In this document: piece by piece, positions 51,256 through 64,000 of the stretch
Layout: each line of letters opens with the position of its first letter
Numbering within the stretch: the stretch's first letter is position 1
Source of the DNA: Lama glama
Lineage: Eukaryota
DNA: 64,000 nt
Direction: 5' to 3'
NCBI GenBank assembly: GCA_028534125.1
Contig: CM052828.1
Coordinates: 12,648,001 to 12,712,000, forward strand
The notes under the pieces: model-generated
What the model was told of the DNA's origin: nothing
What the model saw: only the letters and a program-made list of their open reading frames with translations
Databases searched by the model: none
Position numbers and translations under genes: made by a program

Positions 51256-53429
51256 GTGAGGCACTCCAATAGGTCCCACTGAAATGTTAGTGGTGCCTAA
51301 TGATGCCCCAGGGTACCAAATGGTCTGTTATCCCAGCCCCACCGAGGGATACTGAGAGCCTGGAAGGGGACCATGTGGGTGGATGGGAGGGCAGAGATGC
51401 GACCAGTCTGAGGTGGGTGTGGGAAGCCCCCCAGAGCCCCAACAAGGTGGGGGTCCTGGCCAGGTCCTGGGAGAATCTGTTCCTTCCTCAAAATACAAGG
51501 TCATTATAAAAATGAATGGAATGTACTTTTTATAACATTTAAAAATCAAAACAAAAAAACCCGTATCTGAGGACTTGCATCGGTGTTCGGCTGCTCAAAT
51601 GTTAGAATGGCCGACACAGGGCAAAATTCACGCGGCAGAAGGCCAGCGTGTTTGGAGTGGGTCTTTTGGACCAGATGCATGATCAGGAGGCATACTTTAA
51701 GCTCCCTCCCCTCCACAATCCAGGAGCAGAATCCCCCTCCGACTTGACACCTGCTTTTCACATGGCTACCCTCCGATTCCATTTTTCCTCTGCGCCTCTC
51801 AAGCACTGAAATGTTGAGTTTGTATTACCAGCTTTTGAACGAGGGAGAAGCTGGGGAAACTGTGAGCATAGCTACAAAAGGAACTACATGATGGGTAGGT
51901 ACTGTGTCTTCAAATCATTTCAATGGAAGTACTTCTTACTTCCTAACTCATTCTATGGAGTGTCTGAGCTGAGTCACACACCCGCAGCAGAAGGTAGCAA
52001 CAGAAATTGGAAAGTGGGGAGAGAAAAAGCATCCACAGAAAATCAAGACCATTAAAACAAACAAAGGAAAACCCTGCAGATCCGACAGCTGGACTTGGCT
52101 CTGCACCTCCTGGAAGCTACAGCGTACAAAGAACTGGACTCATTTCAGAATTCTGACTATCTGAGAATTAGAACCATACCTGTTGCTTAGAAAAAGCAAG
52201 ACTTTGCCCAGCTTTAAATTCCCAAATTTCCATGCATGATGTGTTTTGTTAATGCCCTAATATTTTAGCAACAGTACATCAAGAGGTGTATCCTCCCTTC
52301 CTTCCCTCATCAACACACATTTACTGAGCACATAATATGCATCAGGAAGTCTTCTAGGTGCTGGTAAAGCAGGTCAAAGTTCCTATTCTTGTTCCACAAG
52401 CACGATCGCTCTTGTATGAAAGCCAGGCAGGGACCCAGGACACAGATTCCTGGAGGCATCTCTCAGAGCCCCTGTGGGGACAGCCCAGGGCGTGGCACTG
52501 CACACATCTTAGTGACGGCCTAGGGCAGGGCGCCTGGTACCTGACTTCTGCCGGCCCCTTTGGGACCCAGAGGAGGATTCAGATGCCCGAGGCCTGGAAG
52601 GGCCACACACAACTTCCAAAAACCATTGTCAAAGTCCTCTGAACATGTGGCACACTTTTAGAGGAAAATGCCTGGGAACAGTAAAAAGCTGCCCTGTCAT
52701 GATTTTTGCTATTTTCCCCTTCATCCCAGCATCTTGGAAAGCAACTTGCTCCCTTGCAACCCATTCTGGGGTCTTGTCTGGGTTAGAACTGGACTCGGCC
52801 TCTGTGTATTTCCCTCCTCACCTCATTCCCATGGTAATTTCTGCTGGGAGAGCTCTGAGGTATTTCACTTTCCTCTCTTCACTCCTCCTCAAACTTTGCT
52901 TCTCTCAGCCTGGTTCTTTTGGGGGAGGGTAGGGGAGGTGGTAAAGCAAACATAACATTTACCATTTTCAACATGGCCCGTCATTGTACCTTAAATGAGT
53001 GCTCTGTAGTGTCCCCAGATTATGGGTAATGAAGACCGTCGCAGTTCATGAATTAAGAAATTAAGTGCTTTTCTTTGACTGATATTATATAAATTTCTCT
53101 TAAAGAAAAATGTGTAATACAGATATCTTTCAGATTGTTAATTGCCAGACAGTAGTCAGATTTCTTTACACTAGACGTTTGTGAACTTTTCCAGATGATC
53201 ATTTATATAAACTCATAACAATACATCCAAAAGTCTATTAAGCCCTAATTAATATCTTTTTAAAATACTTTTCAAAAGCATATAGGACACCAGAAAATGA
53301 ATTCCTTAAGAGGTCATGGAGGCTCTAAAAATACTTCATTTAGGAATCAGGGGCGTGTTTTTATAGAAGGTTTGACATTTATCTTTTATTTCTTAAAATA
53401 TAGAAGTCTTTTAAATAAAATACTTAAAT

Positions 53430-53745
53430 TTTTAAAATTTATCATTTGAACCATTTTTAAGTGTACGACTCACTGGTGTTTAGCCCACTACTGTCCATCC
53501 TCAGAACTTTTTCATCACCCCAGACAGAAAGTCTGTGTCCATTAAGCAGTGACTCCCCATTCTCCCCCGCCCCCACTTCTGGTAACCAGCATTCGACTGN
53601 NNNNNNNNNNNNNNNNNNNNNNNNNNNNNNNNNNNNNNNNNNNNNNNNNNNNNNNNNNNNNNNNNNNNNNNNNNNNNNNNNNNNNNNNNNNNNNNNNNNN
53701 NNNNNNNNNNNNNNNNNNNNNNNNNNNNNNNNCTTCCTTCCTTTT
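53430..53745 (-). mobile_element. L1MB-like 3' end with N gap 53600-53731
   Basis: ccatttttaagtgtac...ttttcatcacccca...tggtaaccagcattc. Confidence 0.7.
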
Positions 53746-55418
53746 CACAGCTGATGAGCTTGGCTTTTGATGGGATGTGAGGAGGAAAAGTTGGAAATTA
53801 TGCTCTGATTCTGCCCTGAGTGCTCGTCAGCTTTTGGGGTCCTCACTGAGGATAGCTCCCCATACTCTTAGGGCTGGGTGAGCAGGAAAACAGCCAGCAT
53901 CACTCTGAGAACTGAGCCACCTAACGGAACTGGGTCTCGGTGGACCACAGAGAAGAGCCTCTGGGATGCTGGCCACAGAGCCTGGCTGGCCGGAGAGGCA
54001 GTTTGGGATTGGCTGCAGTGCCCCACTGAACACCGCCCAGGTGGTTTGGGCTGGACGTTGTCCAAGGCCAGGGTTTCCAGTCACCCACTACAGCCAGAAG
54101 ATATTTCATTAATCCTCCTGCGGGTCATCTAGTTCTGAATAGCTTGGATTCCTGATATGTCTGCCTGGATGAACAAGCTGCAAAAGGTACGCCCCTCCCT
54201 GCACCACCTTGCCTCCCACCCCACCCTAACTGAAGAAATTCACCTGCTACAAGAATGATTAAAATAGAACCAATGGAATTCTGGAGAATGCCTGCCAAAA
54301 ATGATTGATTTTCATTTAAAGTAGTTTTGTTCCGACAATAGTTAGCTTTCAGAATCAATTTTCTATTGCAGCCGTTCAATCCTGGTTCATGAAATACAAC
54401 CATGTCAACAGCAAATGGAAGATTTTTTCCTCCCCTGTGATAGAAGGATCTGAATCCAATTCATCCACATATAAATTGCATATGCAGTAGGAAGCAGGTT
54501 CTGGATCTGTTTCACACCGTTGGGAATTATGTTTCAGATCTGTTGGGGAGACTTTCTGCAAACACAGTGATTAGTATCTTTAGTAAGTGCAGGTTTCCTG
54601 TGAGCATCAGTTACTGGGAGGTCTCTGTTACTTGGCCGGTATCTGGCTTGCAGAGTTGAAGGGCAGTAAACATTCAATATGAGCTGCAAAGAATATTCCA
54701 TTACGCTTGGCAGAGCTCCCCCTGAAGACGGCAGACAGTAAAATAATGATTGATAACAGAGCATGCAGTTCCTGCAGCCCCTCGCAGTCAGACCACAAGA
54801 TGGGTAATTATTATATTCCCCGATCTGTCTTCCAGACATGTGCAGTTTGCTCAGCATTGAAACAATACCTCCTCCCCTCTTTTCTCCTCTCCATCACACC
54901 CTGTTCACCTGGCTAACTTCTTGTCTTTTAAGACAGCAGAGAAAGCACTGCCCCAGGAAGCCATTTCTCACATCCACAATCTAATGTGTGGATTTCCCTC
55001 CTCCTTGGGTCTCACCCTTATCTCAGCACCCAGGACTCCGCACCAGAACTGTCTGTTCATTTGCTACATCTGCCGCTGACCATGAGCTCACTGAGTGGGG
55101 GCACCGTGCGATATTCCTCTTTTTATCTCCCATCTCTAGTGCGGCTCCAGCCATATAATAAATGTTCAATAAACCAATAACCCGAGAAATTCCAGTTGTA
55201 ATTTAAGAAGAAAACTGCTACAAAGTTTGATAGAAGATCTGGAAAAGTCATAGGTGGTTGTGGTTTTCAGTGACTGGAAAATTTTTTTTTGTTTTTCATG
55301 GACTAGAATGTAGTTTGGGTATATTCATATGGAATGATATCCTAATAATTAAAACATCCTGCTTGTAATGGATCACAGTTTACCACCAAAAGGACAGTTT
55401 TTTAGGTAAACATTTTTT

Positions 55419-55652
55419 TTACATTTTTATTGATTCATAATCATTTTACAGTGTTGTGTCAAATTCCAGTGTTTAGTACAATTTTTCAGTCATACATGGA
55501 CATATACACACTCATTGTCACATTTTTTTCTCTGTGATTTATCATAACATTTTGTGTATATTTCCCTGTGCTATACAGTGTAATCTTGTTTATCTGTTCT
55601 ACAATTTTGAAATCCCAGTCTATCCTTTCCCACCCTCTACCCCGCCCCCCCC
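55419..55652 (-). mobile_element. Young camelid-type L1 3' end, 5'-truncated
   Basis: acatttttattgattcataatcattttacagtgttgtgtcaaattccagtg...ccctgtgctatacagtgtaatc; ends in the poly-C (L1 G-rich) tract. 10-bp TSD aacatttttt at 55409-55418 and 55653-55662. Confidence 0.85.
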
Positions 55653-55850
55653 AACATTTTTTCTGATTATTGTTGTATTTGCTCATTAGATGAAATTTAT
55701 AAAACACAAAAAACTATAAAGAAGAAAATAAAAATAACTTAGGTCCTATCATCCAGAGATAATCACTATAAAATGTTTAATTACATGTTCTTTCAATCAT
55801 TTATTTCCTGTATATTTACAGATACACAGGATATATAGATATTGTAAGAT

Positions 55851-56042
55851 TAGGGTTGCCAGATAAAATAAATGATGTCTATTTAAATTTGAATTTCAGG
55901 TAAACGATGGATTTCTTTTTAGTATAATTACATCCATGCAATATTTGGTATATATTTATACTAAAATTGTATTCATTGTTTATGTAAAAATTAAAAGGTA
56001 ACTGCTGTTCTGTATTTTTATTTGCTAAATTTGGCAACCCTA
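55851..56042. mobile_element. MER53 palindromic hAT MITE, inserted in an older L1ME-like remnant (~55670-57030)
   Basis: Inverted ends attagggttgcca (55849-55861) / tggcaaccctaat (56032-56044); internal aaatttgaatttcag and tttagtataa...ttatactaaa arms. Confidence 0.85.
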
Positions 56043-59000
56043 ATGTGTGTATCTGTATAAATTTACTAAAATATACTTTTTTATAATTTATATTGTGAGT
56101 TCTTTCCTATCTCATTAACTAGTTTTTGAAAACTTCAGTTTTCATGGCAAGAAGTTTAACAACTCACATTCTTCAAACAATTGTTAAAAGTTATAAATAA
56201 ATTCCTCTTACTCTACGTCTATAGGGTATTTTTTAGCAGTGATTTCTAAAAGTGTGATTAATGGCTCAAAGGTTAAAGGTCATTTATTTTTAAAGATTCT
56301 TCTACATTTTGCTTTCCAGGAATATTTTATAATTTACACTTTCATCAACAGTGAGTTAGAAAGCCCTATTGCCCTTTCTCAGCACCAAGTATTGTCATTT
56401 ATTTAAAAACTTTACAGATGTAATAGATTAAACTGCATTATTTTGTGGAGTGTTTTTCTTTTATTATTGCTCCAGCAAAGAATGACCCTTTTATCAAGCC
56501 AATGTCTACTTCTTGCTTAAGGGATTGCCCATTCATTCTTTTTAGTTTTTCTTTTTGGCTCTATTAAAGATTTGTTATTCATTTATATGGATTTCTCTTA
56601 TATTGAAGATACGAGCATATTATGTGCCATGTGTGTTAAAAATAGTTTCTCTAAGTTATCTTTTAATTTTACCTGCAGTACAATTAATCATTACAAATAT
56701 TACTGATTTTCATGTAGTCAAATATGTCTATTTTTGTCTTTGACACTTTTTCCGTTGCTTTTATGCTTAGAACGTCCTGTGTCTCAAGGCCAATTGTGTA
56801 TTTGCCATTTTTCTCCTTTTTTTATAGTTCCATTTTTTAAAACCCAACTCTTTTATCTATCAGCAACTTATTTTCACATGCAGTAGGAAGTGAGAACCCC
56901 ACTGGAAATCTTCCCAAATGGTAGTTTCCCAACCCCATTTTTGACAAATTCATCCCTTCTTTCATTGGATTGTGGTGTTTCATTTAACGTATGTGAAGAT
57001 TTTATACTGTTTCAAGGATATTAATTCAATTCTATTCTTTAGGCTTCTAACAGTTTGATATACATGAGCAAAAATTTTTCTCTTAGTGTTTTGCTAAAGT
57101 GAAATGATCATTTAGGTGACATTGAGGGGAGGAGTTACCATGGGCTTAAGAGGAGAAAGCTGGAGAAAGAGGTCTAAGCCCATCGGACTGTGCGTCCACA
57201 GCCTCTGATACCAAAGACAGAAGGCGTGCAGCGGTGCTTCCCAAACAATTGTGTTAGTTACGACAGGTAACTCCAAGGTTTAGTTCTACGACAGGTCGTG
57301 ACAAACCTCACCCCTTATCTCTTTGGGCTGAGTTTCTCAGCTCTGTTTTCTCCGTCACTATTTTTTTCTTCAGCTCTGGCAAGTCTACCATTCAGCTCAT
57401 CTGTTGAAAATTTGGATGTGGGTGTAAGTACATGTGAATTTAAAATTTCAGTGATTATACCTTTTTCCTAGTTGTTTCTTACACTCTCATTCTTTTCTCA
57501 CGAACTCCTCTTCAGTGATAGGTCCACGTTTCTTTAGATGTGGTAATATAAAAGGGATCAGATAACCTTGGATTTGGTCTTGAACATCCATTCCAAGGAT
57601 GGCAGAAGCAAAGAGGATTTATTAGAGCTTTTAAGGTTTACCCTGAAAAGGTTCTTTTGAGGACATTAAATTACTTGTGGATGAATTTGGGCTGTTTTGC
57701 ATTTAATTTCACCCAGCTGAATGATCCAAGGGAAAATGACCTCTCCAAGCCAGACCAGTTCCACATTTGATCTTGGAAATTTCATCGCAGTGTATTGACA
57801 TTTCAGTTCCCAGGTATTATTAGCTCAAGACTGTATTATCAGTACTCCATAAAAATAAGAAGTACGGAGTTCTTAAAATTTGCCAAGGCAAATGCAAAAT
57901 TATACTTTAGCAACATGAGAACTGGTTGGAGAGTATAAGCAGTAGGTAATAGCATGTATGTAGCACACATTCATTCACTCAACAAACAGTTACTACTCCG
58001 TGTCAGGCACTGACATAGGTGCCCGACCTTCATGGACAAAAAGCCAGTCTGCCTGCCCTGATGGAGCCTGCAGTCTGAAGTTGTGACTCTCAGCATCACT
58101 GCCTGAACCACACTGGTGTGTTGACGCTCCTTGGAAGAGAAACAAGAAGAATGACAACTAGAATATTGGGAGTTGGTTGTACAACCTGTCTCATGTAGGC
58201 AGTGGCTGGCAGTGAGCATCTATCCAAAGACAGTCTTATCTGCCAGCATTATTTGCCAACCCTACCTCGAAGAAGAGGTTAAGGATCACGGGTCTAGTGT
58301 GGGGCTATGAGCACAGCTTTGCTGTCCACACAAGGCAGAACATGAGCATAGAGAAAGATGTGCTTGGGTCTGTCTGCTGCGATGAGTAAAAGCTTCAGGG
58401 ACGAGGCAAGGAAGATGCCAAGCAGGAGAGGTGAGGAGGAGGTTAGATGTTTAACTTTGTTCCTCTTGGCTTTGAGTGGGCTTAGAATGTCCCCCTCCCC
58501 TAACCTCTGACAAAATATTGCTGTTCACTATCGGAAGTTCATTTTGTAGAATCCAGATCGCTTGCAGACAAATACTGACAGATCCCAGAGGAAAGCAAAT
58601 AGGTTGGAGAAGCTCAGGTACTCAGAGGGCGGGTGGAACCCAGGTAGGATGGAGGCGGATATGAAATGCAGAAAAATAAACTGCCTTGGGGGACTCAAAA
58701 GGTAAAATGAGAAATACGGCGGAGTTTGGCTTGGAAAACCGCAAGGGTTCCATCTGGGGAGAGTCATCTGAGATCTAGCCCTGTGGTGAGAAGGTGGGCC
58801 AGGGAGGCTCGGAAAATGATAACCTTAAGGCCACCGAAGATTGAATGTGAAAGGCAGACTTGAGTGGAGTCGGCAACACAATACAGATGCTTTCAGAGAA
58901 AACGCCTTCCCCTGGGGCAGCTGGTGCGGGAACACGAGCTCTGTGAACTCAGGCGGGACCAGGTGCAGCCTTGCCAAAGTCGTTAAAAAGTTCTAGGCTA

Positions 59001-59290
59001 GAAAAAACCCAAGACTGTACAGGATGGGACGTGAATCATCTACACCCCTGGGAGGGACCCAGAATAGTCCTCCCTCTTTGCACTCGGAACTCCAAGTAAA
59101 GGTGGATTGTCTGCCTCCCAATCTTGGCTTTTTTTCAGATGACTTTTTCCAGATGGAACCCTAGCATTTTTCCAAACCAAACTCCAGAGTAAAGAATAAG
59201 ATGTTTGCAGGAAAGGCAGGAGAAGCCAGAACCAGCCTGAGTTTAAACTTGAAAAGGGCCAGGGAGTCCGGACTTGTAGCTTAGCCTCGG

Positions 59291-59803
59291 TGTCACCCAA
59301 CCAGTCTCGTTTGCCTGATGCCCAGCAAGCCAAGGTTTGCAACAAAGAGAGGGTTTATTCACGAGGCAGCCAAGCGAAGAGGCAAGGGGCTCAGGTATTT
59401 ATGGGATAAAGAAGCAGGTTGGTCTGGGGCATGGGGAGTGTGAGGAAAGGCGATTGGAAATAAGAAGGTGCAGTAATTGTTCTGTAAAGGTGTAACTAAG
59501 CTACAGGCCTCTGCACGTTAAAAAATGCAGGCGCTTAGCACGTGTGCTTGCGGAGTTCTCAGCCCTCTGACGTGGAAGGTCACCAGGCTGCCCAGCTGGA
59601 GGGTTGGTGGTCCCATCCTGCCTTAACTGGCTCAGGGTTTACTAGACACATCTGACTCCACATTCCTGGAAGACTCAGGCAAACATTTTATTCTTTACTC
59701 CACGTGCTGCTTGGAGGGCATCCAAGTTTTTGTAGCAACAATATGATTAGTGAAGGCAGGTTACAGGTGAGATGGATGTAAGTGAAGATCACCCACAGTT
59801 TCA
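59291..59803 (-). mobile_element. ERV1-class solo LTR, antisense in C13orf42 intron 1
   Basis: TGT...TCA ends; 4-bp TSD tcgg/ttgg (one CpG-type change); - strand AATAAA at 59354-59359 and ATAAATA at 59396-59402. Confidence 0.75.
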
Positions 59804-60123
59804 TTGGTACTCAGAAAAACCATCACAAAATTCACTTGGAGACATTTAAAGTACACTTCAGAAAGTACAAGAGAAGCTCTGTTAACCAACGCGTACTGAC
59901 TTGCCAGATCATTTGACACTCACCATTCTCTCTGTAAAGCATATGTGTAACCAGCTGAATATTTACAACTAGATGTCTATCCCAGACTAGGGTATTATTG
60001 GCAAAGTGCAAAATGATTGATGTATGTGTAAGCACTAATTGTAACAGCAAAAGATTGCAAACAACCCAGAGCTGTCGCAGTAGGGGACTGTACTTGGTCC
60101 CCACGGTGCCTGTACAGTGGAGA

Positions 60124-60623
60124 NNNNNNNNNNNNNNNNNNNNNNNNNNNNNNNNNNNNNNNNNNNNNNNNNNNNNNNNNNNNNNNNNNNNNNNNNNNNN
60201 NNNNNNNNNNNNNNNNNNNNNNNNNNNNNNNNNNNNNNNNNNNNNNNNNNNNNNNNNNNNNNNNNNNNNNNNNNNNNNNNNNNNNNNNNNNNNNNNNNNN
60301 NNNNNNNNNNNNNNNNNNNNNNNNNNNNNNNNNNNNNNNNNNNNNNNNNNNNNNNNNNNNNNNNNNNNNNNNNNNNNNNNNNNNNNNNNNNNNNNNNNNN
60401 NNNNNNNNNNNNNNNNNNNNNNNNNNNNNNNNNNNNNNNNNNNNNNNNNNNNNNNNNNNNNNNNNNNNNNNNNNNNNNNNNNNNNNNNNNNNNNNNNNNN
60501 NNNNNNNNNNNNNNNNNNNNNNNNNNNNNNNNNNNNNNNNNNNNNNNNNNNNNNNNNNNNNNNNNNNNNNNNNNNNNNNNNNNNNNNNNNNNNNNNNNNN
60601 NNNNNNNNNNNNNNNNNNNNNNN
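60124..60623. other. N gap of 500 nt; other gaps at 13551-13696, 24672-24828, 25071-25253, 25280-~25499, 53600-53731
   Basis: Runs of N in the sequence. Confidence 0.99.
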
Positions 60624-61305
60624 ACTATTCAGCCTACCACACATAGTGTCACAGGATGTTCTGGTTCTGATTCATCTGGCCCGACTTGCTTTTAAGTTTG
60701 GTTACAACAGCCTGGTATCTGTGGCAAACTTTGACTTAGCTTATATTTCCAAATTCCTTTGATTCTAGCAGCTACCTTGTAATTTTGTTAAAGTAAAATT
60801 CTGCCTGGTCTGACAGGTTCCTGTTTCAGAAAGGGTTTTCAATGGTACCAAATTCCCAAGTGGAAAAACACAGTGGTCCTGAAAGGATGAGGAGTGGGTA
60901 GCAGTTCTGCAGAAACACTGCTGCTGATTAAGAGTGATGTTTTCCTTCAATCAATCTGTCAAGTCTCAATTAAGCAACGGCTATGCACCAAGCAAAATAG
61001 TACAAGACGCACCTTCTGCCCTTTGGCAATTTGCATCCAAAAGGGGGAAGATGGGATGAACTCAGATGAAATTGTGCTGAGCGTCTGCTGCTTAACTTAG
61101 CGCTGCTGAAGGCTGGCATCCCACGAGGGGGGACAGCATGCAAGAGGACAGTCATCGGGATAGTCACGTTAAGGGGATGCCATGCACCAAAGGGCAAGAT
61201 TTCTATTGAGTAGCCATGGAAAGTCAGGTTGGGTATATTGGAGGAAGTCAAAGAGGAGTGGAGAGTTGATCAGATGGAGATTAATAATCAAGCACACAAA
61301 AACCC

Positions 61306-61881
61306 TAATTTCCAAAGATACCTGAATCCCCAAAGTTCACAGCAGCACTAGTCACAACAGCCAAGACAGGAAAGCAGCCCAAGTGCCCAACAACAGATGA
61401 CTGGCTTAAGAAGATGTGTATATATACACGTGATGGAATACTACTCAGCCATGAAAAATGAAATATTGCCATCTGCAGCAACATAGATAGACCTAGAGAT
61501 TATCATACTAAGTGAAGTCAGTCAGACAGAGAAAGACTAATTGTTATATGATATCAGTTATATGTGGAACCTAAAAAATAACAAATGAATCTATATATAG
61601 GATGGAAACAGACTCCCAGACATAGAAAACAAACGTATGGTTAGCAAAAGGGAAAGCGGGGGGACGGGGGTGATAAATTATGAGTACGGTATTAGCAGAT
61701 ACAAACTACTACAATTAAAATAGATCAGTGACTGTGCAGCACAGGGAACTATATTCAATATCATGTAATAATCTATAATGGAAAAGAATCTGAAAAAATA
61801 TATAACTGAATCACTTTGCTGTACACCTGAAACTAACACAATATTGTAAATCAACTATACTTCAATCTGAAAAAATGTGAA
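61306..61881 (+). mobile_element. L1 3' end (ORF2 C-terminus plus 3'UTR), artiodactyl/camelid type
   Basis: gttcacagcagcacta...atggaatactactcagcc...acacctgaaactaacacaatattgtaaatcaactatacttcaat; candidate TSD aaaaaccc at 61298-61305 and 61882-61889. Confidence 0.88.
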
Positions 61882-62299
61882 AAAAACCCAGAGCCCTTGG
61901 AAGACAAAGTGTAGTTGTGGGGGGTGAGCCCCTGAAATGCTGTGGGATTAAATCAGCCCAAGCTTCCCATATCCTCAGGAAGAGAAGCTCTCGGGCCCCA
62001 GATCAGACTCTGGCAGCTGACTTTGCCCAAGGTCCTGTGTAGGTCAACCACATCATCCGCAGGTGAGAGCTGCTTCCAGCTGCTCCAGGTGTCAAACAGG
62101 GTCCCCCAGATCCCTAGTTCTTCATCAGCACCCGGGGTCTGGGCAGCATTCCTCGGAAGGAGAGGGGGTGTGGGGTGGCACTGAGGGAAGTTTGGGCAGA
62201 TACACTTTGTCAATCAATTTATGCAGCCATGTTGGTTGACCTCAGGCCACAGAAGATGCCAAAGTCTGCTGGACATTCTCTGGGGGGACTTGCCCATGT

Positions 62300-62860
62300 T
62301 TGTTTATCCATTTATTTGTCATTTAACAAAGAATGTTGAGCATGTACTTCGTCCCAGCCCTATGTCTGGGGAAATGATATAAACAGAGCCTCTCACGGAA
62401 ATGTCAGACTGCTGGGAGATACACACGTGAGTCAAAGGATTACACTGATTCCCATGAATCATGGTAAGGGCCGTGAAGGAGGCCCACAGGGTCGCGGGGA
62501 ACTTGTCAGAAGGGGTTCGAGCTAGTCAGGGCAGCGTGGCTTGGAGAGGACTTTCCAGATTCAGCTTGGCTTCATCTGTTACACTCAAATCCTCGACTGT
62601 CACCTCCTCAGAGAGGCATTTCCTGACCCTACCCTATCTCAACTATCACCGCTCTTAAGCCCTACCGTGGTTAAGCTGGCTGCACAGTGTCTACTGTGAG
62701 CCAACACACAATTACACACATGCACGTCCACATCCCCCATTAGACTGTGAGCCCCGCCAGGGCAGTAGCATGATCTGTTCTGTTTGTGTTCTGCCCCCAG
62801 CGCTGAGATCAGTGCCTGCACTAACAACCGTTTGTTGACTGAATGACTGATGGACAGATT
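62300..62860. mobile_element. L2 fragments (- at ~62300-62500, + at ~62560-62860)
   Basis: gtcacctcctcagagaggcatttcctgaccacc...tagactgtgagcccc...tttgttgactgaatga. Confidence 0.7.
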
Positions 62861-62933
62861 GCATAAATGGGTGAAGTGACTACAAGCTGAGATCTGGAAG
62901 GGAAAAGGAGGCAATAAAATGTAAAGGGAGGAG

Positions 62934-63051
62934 GGGGGACGATATGGCTTAGTTGTAGAGTGTATCCTTAGCACGCACAAGGTCCTGGGTTCGATTCCCA
63001 GAGCCTCCATTAAAAAATTTTTTGTTTCATAAATAAATAAACCTAATTACC
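62934..63051 (+). mobile_element. Vic-1-type camelid SINE, longer form with aaataaataaacctaattacc tail
   Basis: Same tRNA-like head (ggtcctgggttcgattccc B-box). Perfect 18-bp TSD aaaatgtaaagggaggag at 62916-62933 and 63052-63069. Confidence 0.9.
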
Positions 63052-63349
63052 AAAATGTAAAGGGAGGAGCTGCAGAGAGAGATTCAGGCTGAGGAATGCC
63101 CGGCAAACTCAGGCTGGAGGGAGTACAGCACGTTTGAGACATCATTCATTTATTCCTGAGGTATTTTTGACCACCCGTATTAGCGCATATTACCTCGGGT
63201 CCCAGAGCGTGGACTCAAACTTGAGTCCTAGTCCTCTGAGCGGTGTTCCTCCACCTAAGCAGGATTTACAGGCATTCAAAGCAGAGTAGAGTGGTCTCCC
63301 CTCCGATGGGAGGATTAATTACTCTGCAGCCTGTTGGTATGTGGTCATT

Positions 63350-63367
63350 TGGCCACACGGTGGCGCT
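63350..63367 (+). promoter_or_regulatory. Candidate CTCF site
   Basis: tggccacacggtggcgct versus consensus TGGCCACCAGGTGGCGCT (16/18); two CpGs retained. Confidence 0.45.
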
Positions 63368-63814
63368 TCACGCCTAACAATTCAGTTACTTCTCTTTCCG
63401 TCTCTCAGAAGGTTTGAAATTCAAACGGAAAGGGGAAGAGGCGTGTCCTTTCTCAAAACAACACAGATCCCATTGCCAGCGAGCCAGGGGTTGTCAGGGA
63501 GTGGAGGTGAGCTGGGTTCAATAACTGAGGAAAAGCCTCTGTTCTTGCTGGTTTCCTTAGAACTAAGGGGAAGTCTCTGGTTTGAAATCAAAGGACCCAG
63601 AATTCCACATCCAAAGCCCATTTTCCAGGTGTTTTTCACAACGTTGCACCAACTCCACGTACTAAGTGAAATGTCACCTGCCTGTGTGGTGCCTGAAGGG
63701 AAGTGGGCCCTCCTGAGCCAGAGTTTTGACTTTCCTGGAAAGAGAGATCTTTTTAAAAGATACCACCTGACTCAGAGAAAGACATTGTTACTTGCATTTT
63801 AATTTTTTTCTCGG

Positions 63815-63970
63815 AGGCTACATAGTACATGGGTCTGAGTTTGAACACCAGTTCTGACAGTAACTAGTTCTGGAGCCTCCAGGAAGCTACTTAACTTCTC
63901 TGTGCCTCAATGGTGTCATCTTTAAAATCCTACTTTATAGCATCCTGGTAAGAACGAAATAAGGGGAACC
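63815..63970 (+). mobile_element. MIR SINE
   Basis: acttaacttctctgtgcctca...catctttaaaat. Confidence 0.65.
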
Positions 63971-64000
63971 AAATGAAATTGCCGATATCCAACGGTCTTT

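Noticed and set aside
57254-57299. Short direct repeat ttagtt(ct)acgacaggt x2 with small palindrome acgacaggtcgt
   Set aside because: Only two imperfect copies; consistent with a local micro-duplication, not an array or CRISPR.

Overview
Mammalian genomic DNA, very probably camelid (camel/alpaca): it carries two tRNA-Ala-derived Vic-1-type SINEs and a young L1 3' end I recognise as camelid-type. There is one real protein-coding element: the first coding exon of the C13orf42 orthologue (+ strand, ATG 47151 to GT donor after 47537, 129 codons), in a CpG island. Everything to its right is intron 1; I could not find exon 2 in the window. The left ~46 kb is intergenic/upstream sequence dense in interspersed repeats (L1, L2, MIR, MLT1/ERVL/ERV1 LTRs, hAT MITEs). 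It contains a full-length, heavily disabled processed pseudogene of PRELID3B (SLMO2) on the - strand at ~9.4-10.8 kb, invisible in the ORF track because of frameshifts. Nearly all other listed ORFs are chance, repeat-derived or N-gap artefacts. I found no convincing novel biological system. The best leads are the old PRELID3B retrocopy, in-frame deletions in C13orf42 exon 1, a uORF/splice-acceptor-rich leader, two L1s with twin-priming inversions, a miR-1302-like MER53 hairpin in intron 1, and candidate CTCF/enhancer sites. Repeat subfamily names and comparisons with human come from memory, not from a search; repeat boundaries are approximate unless a TSD is given.
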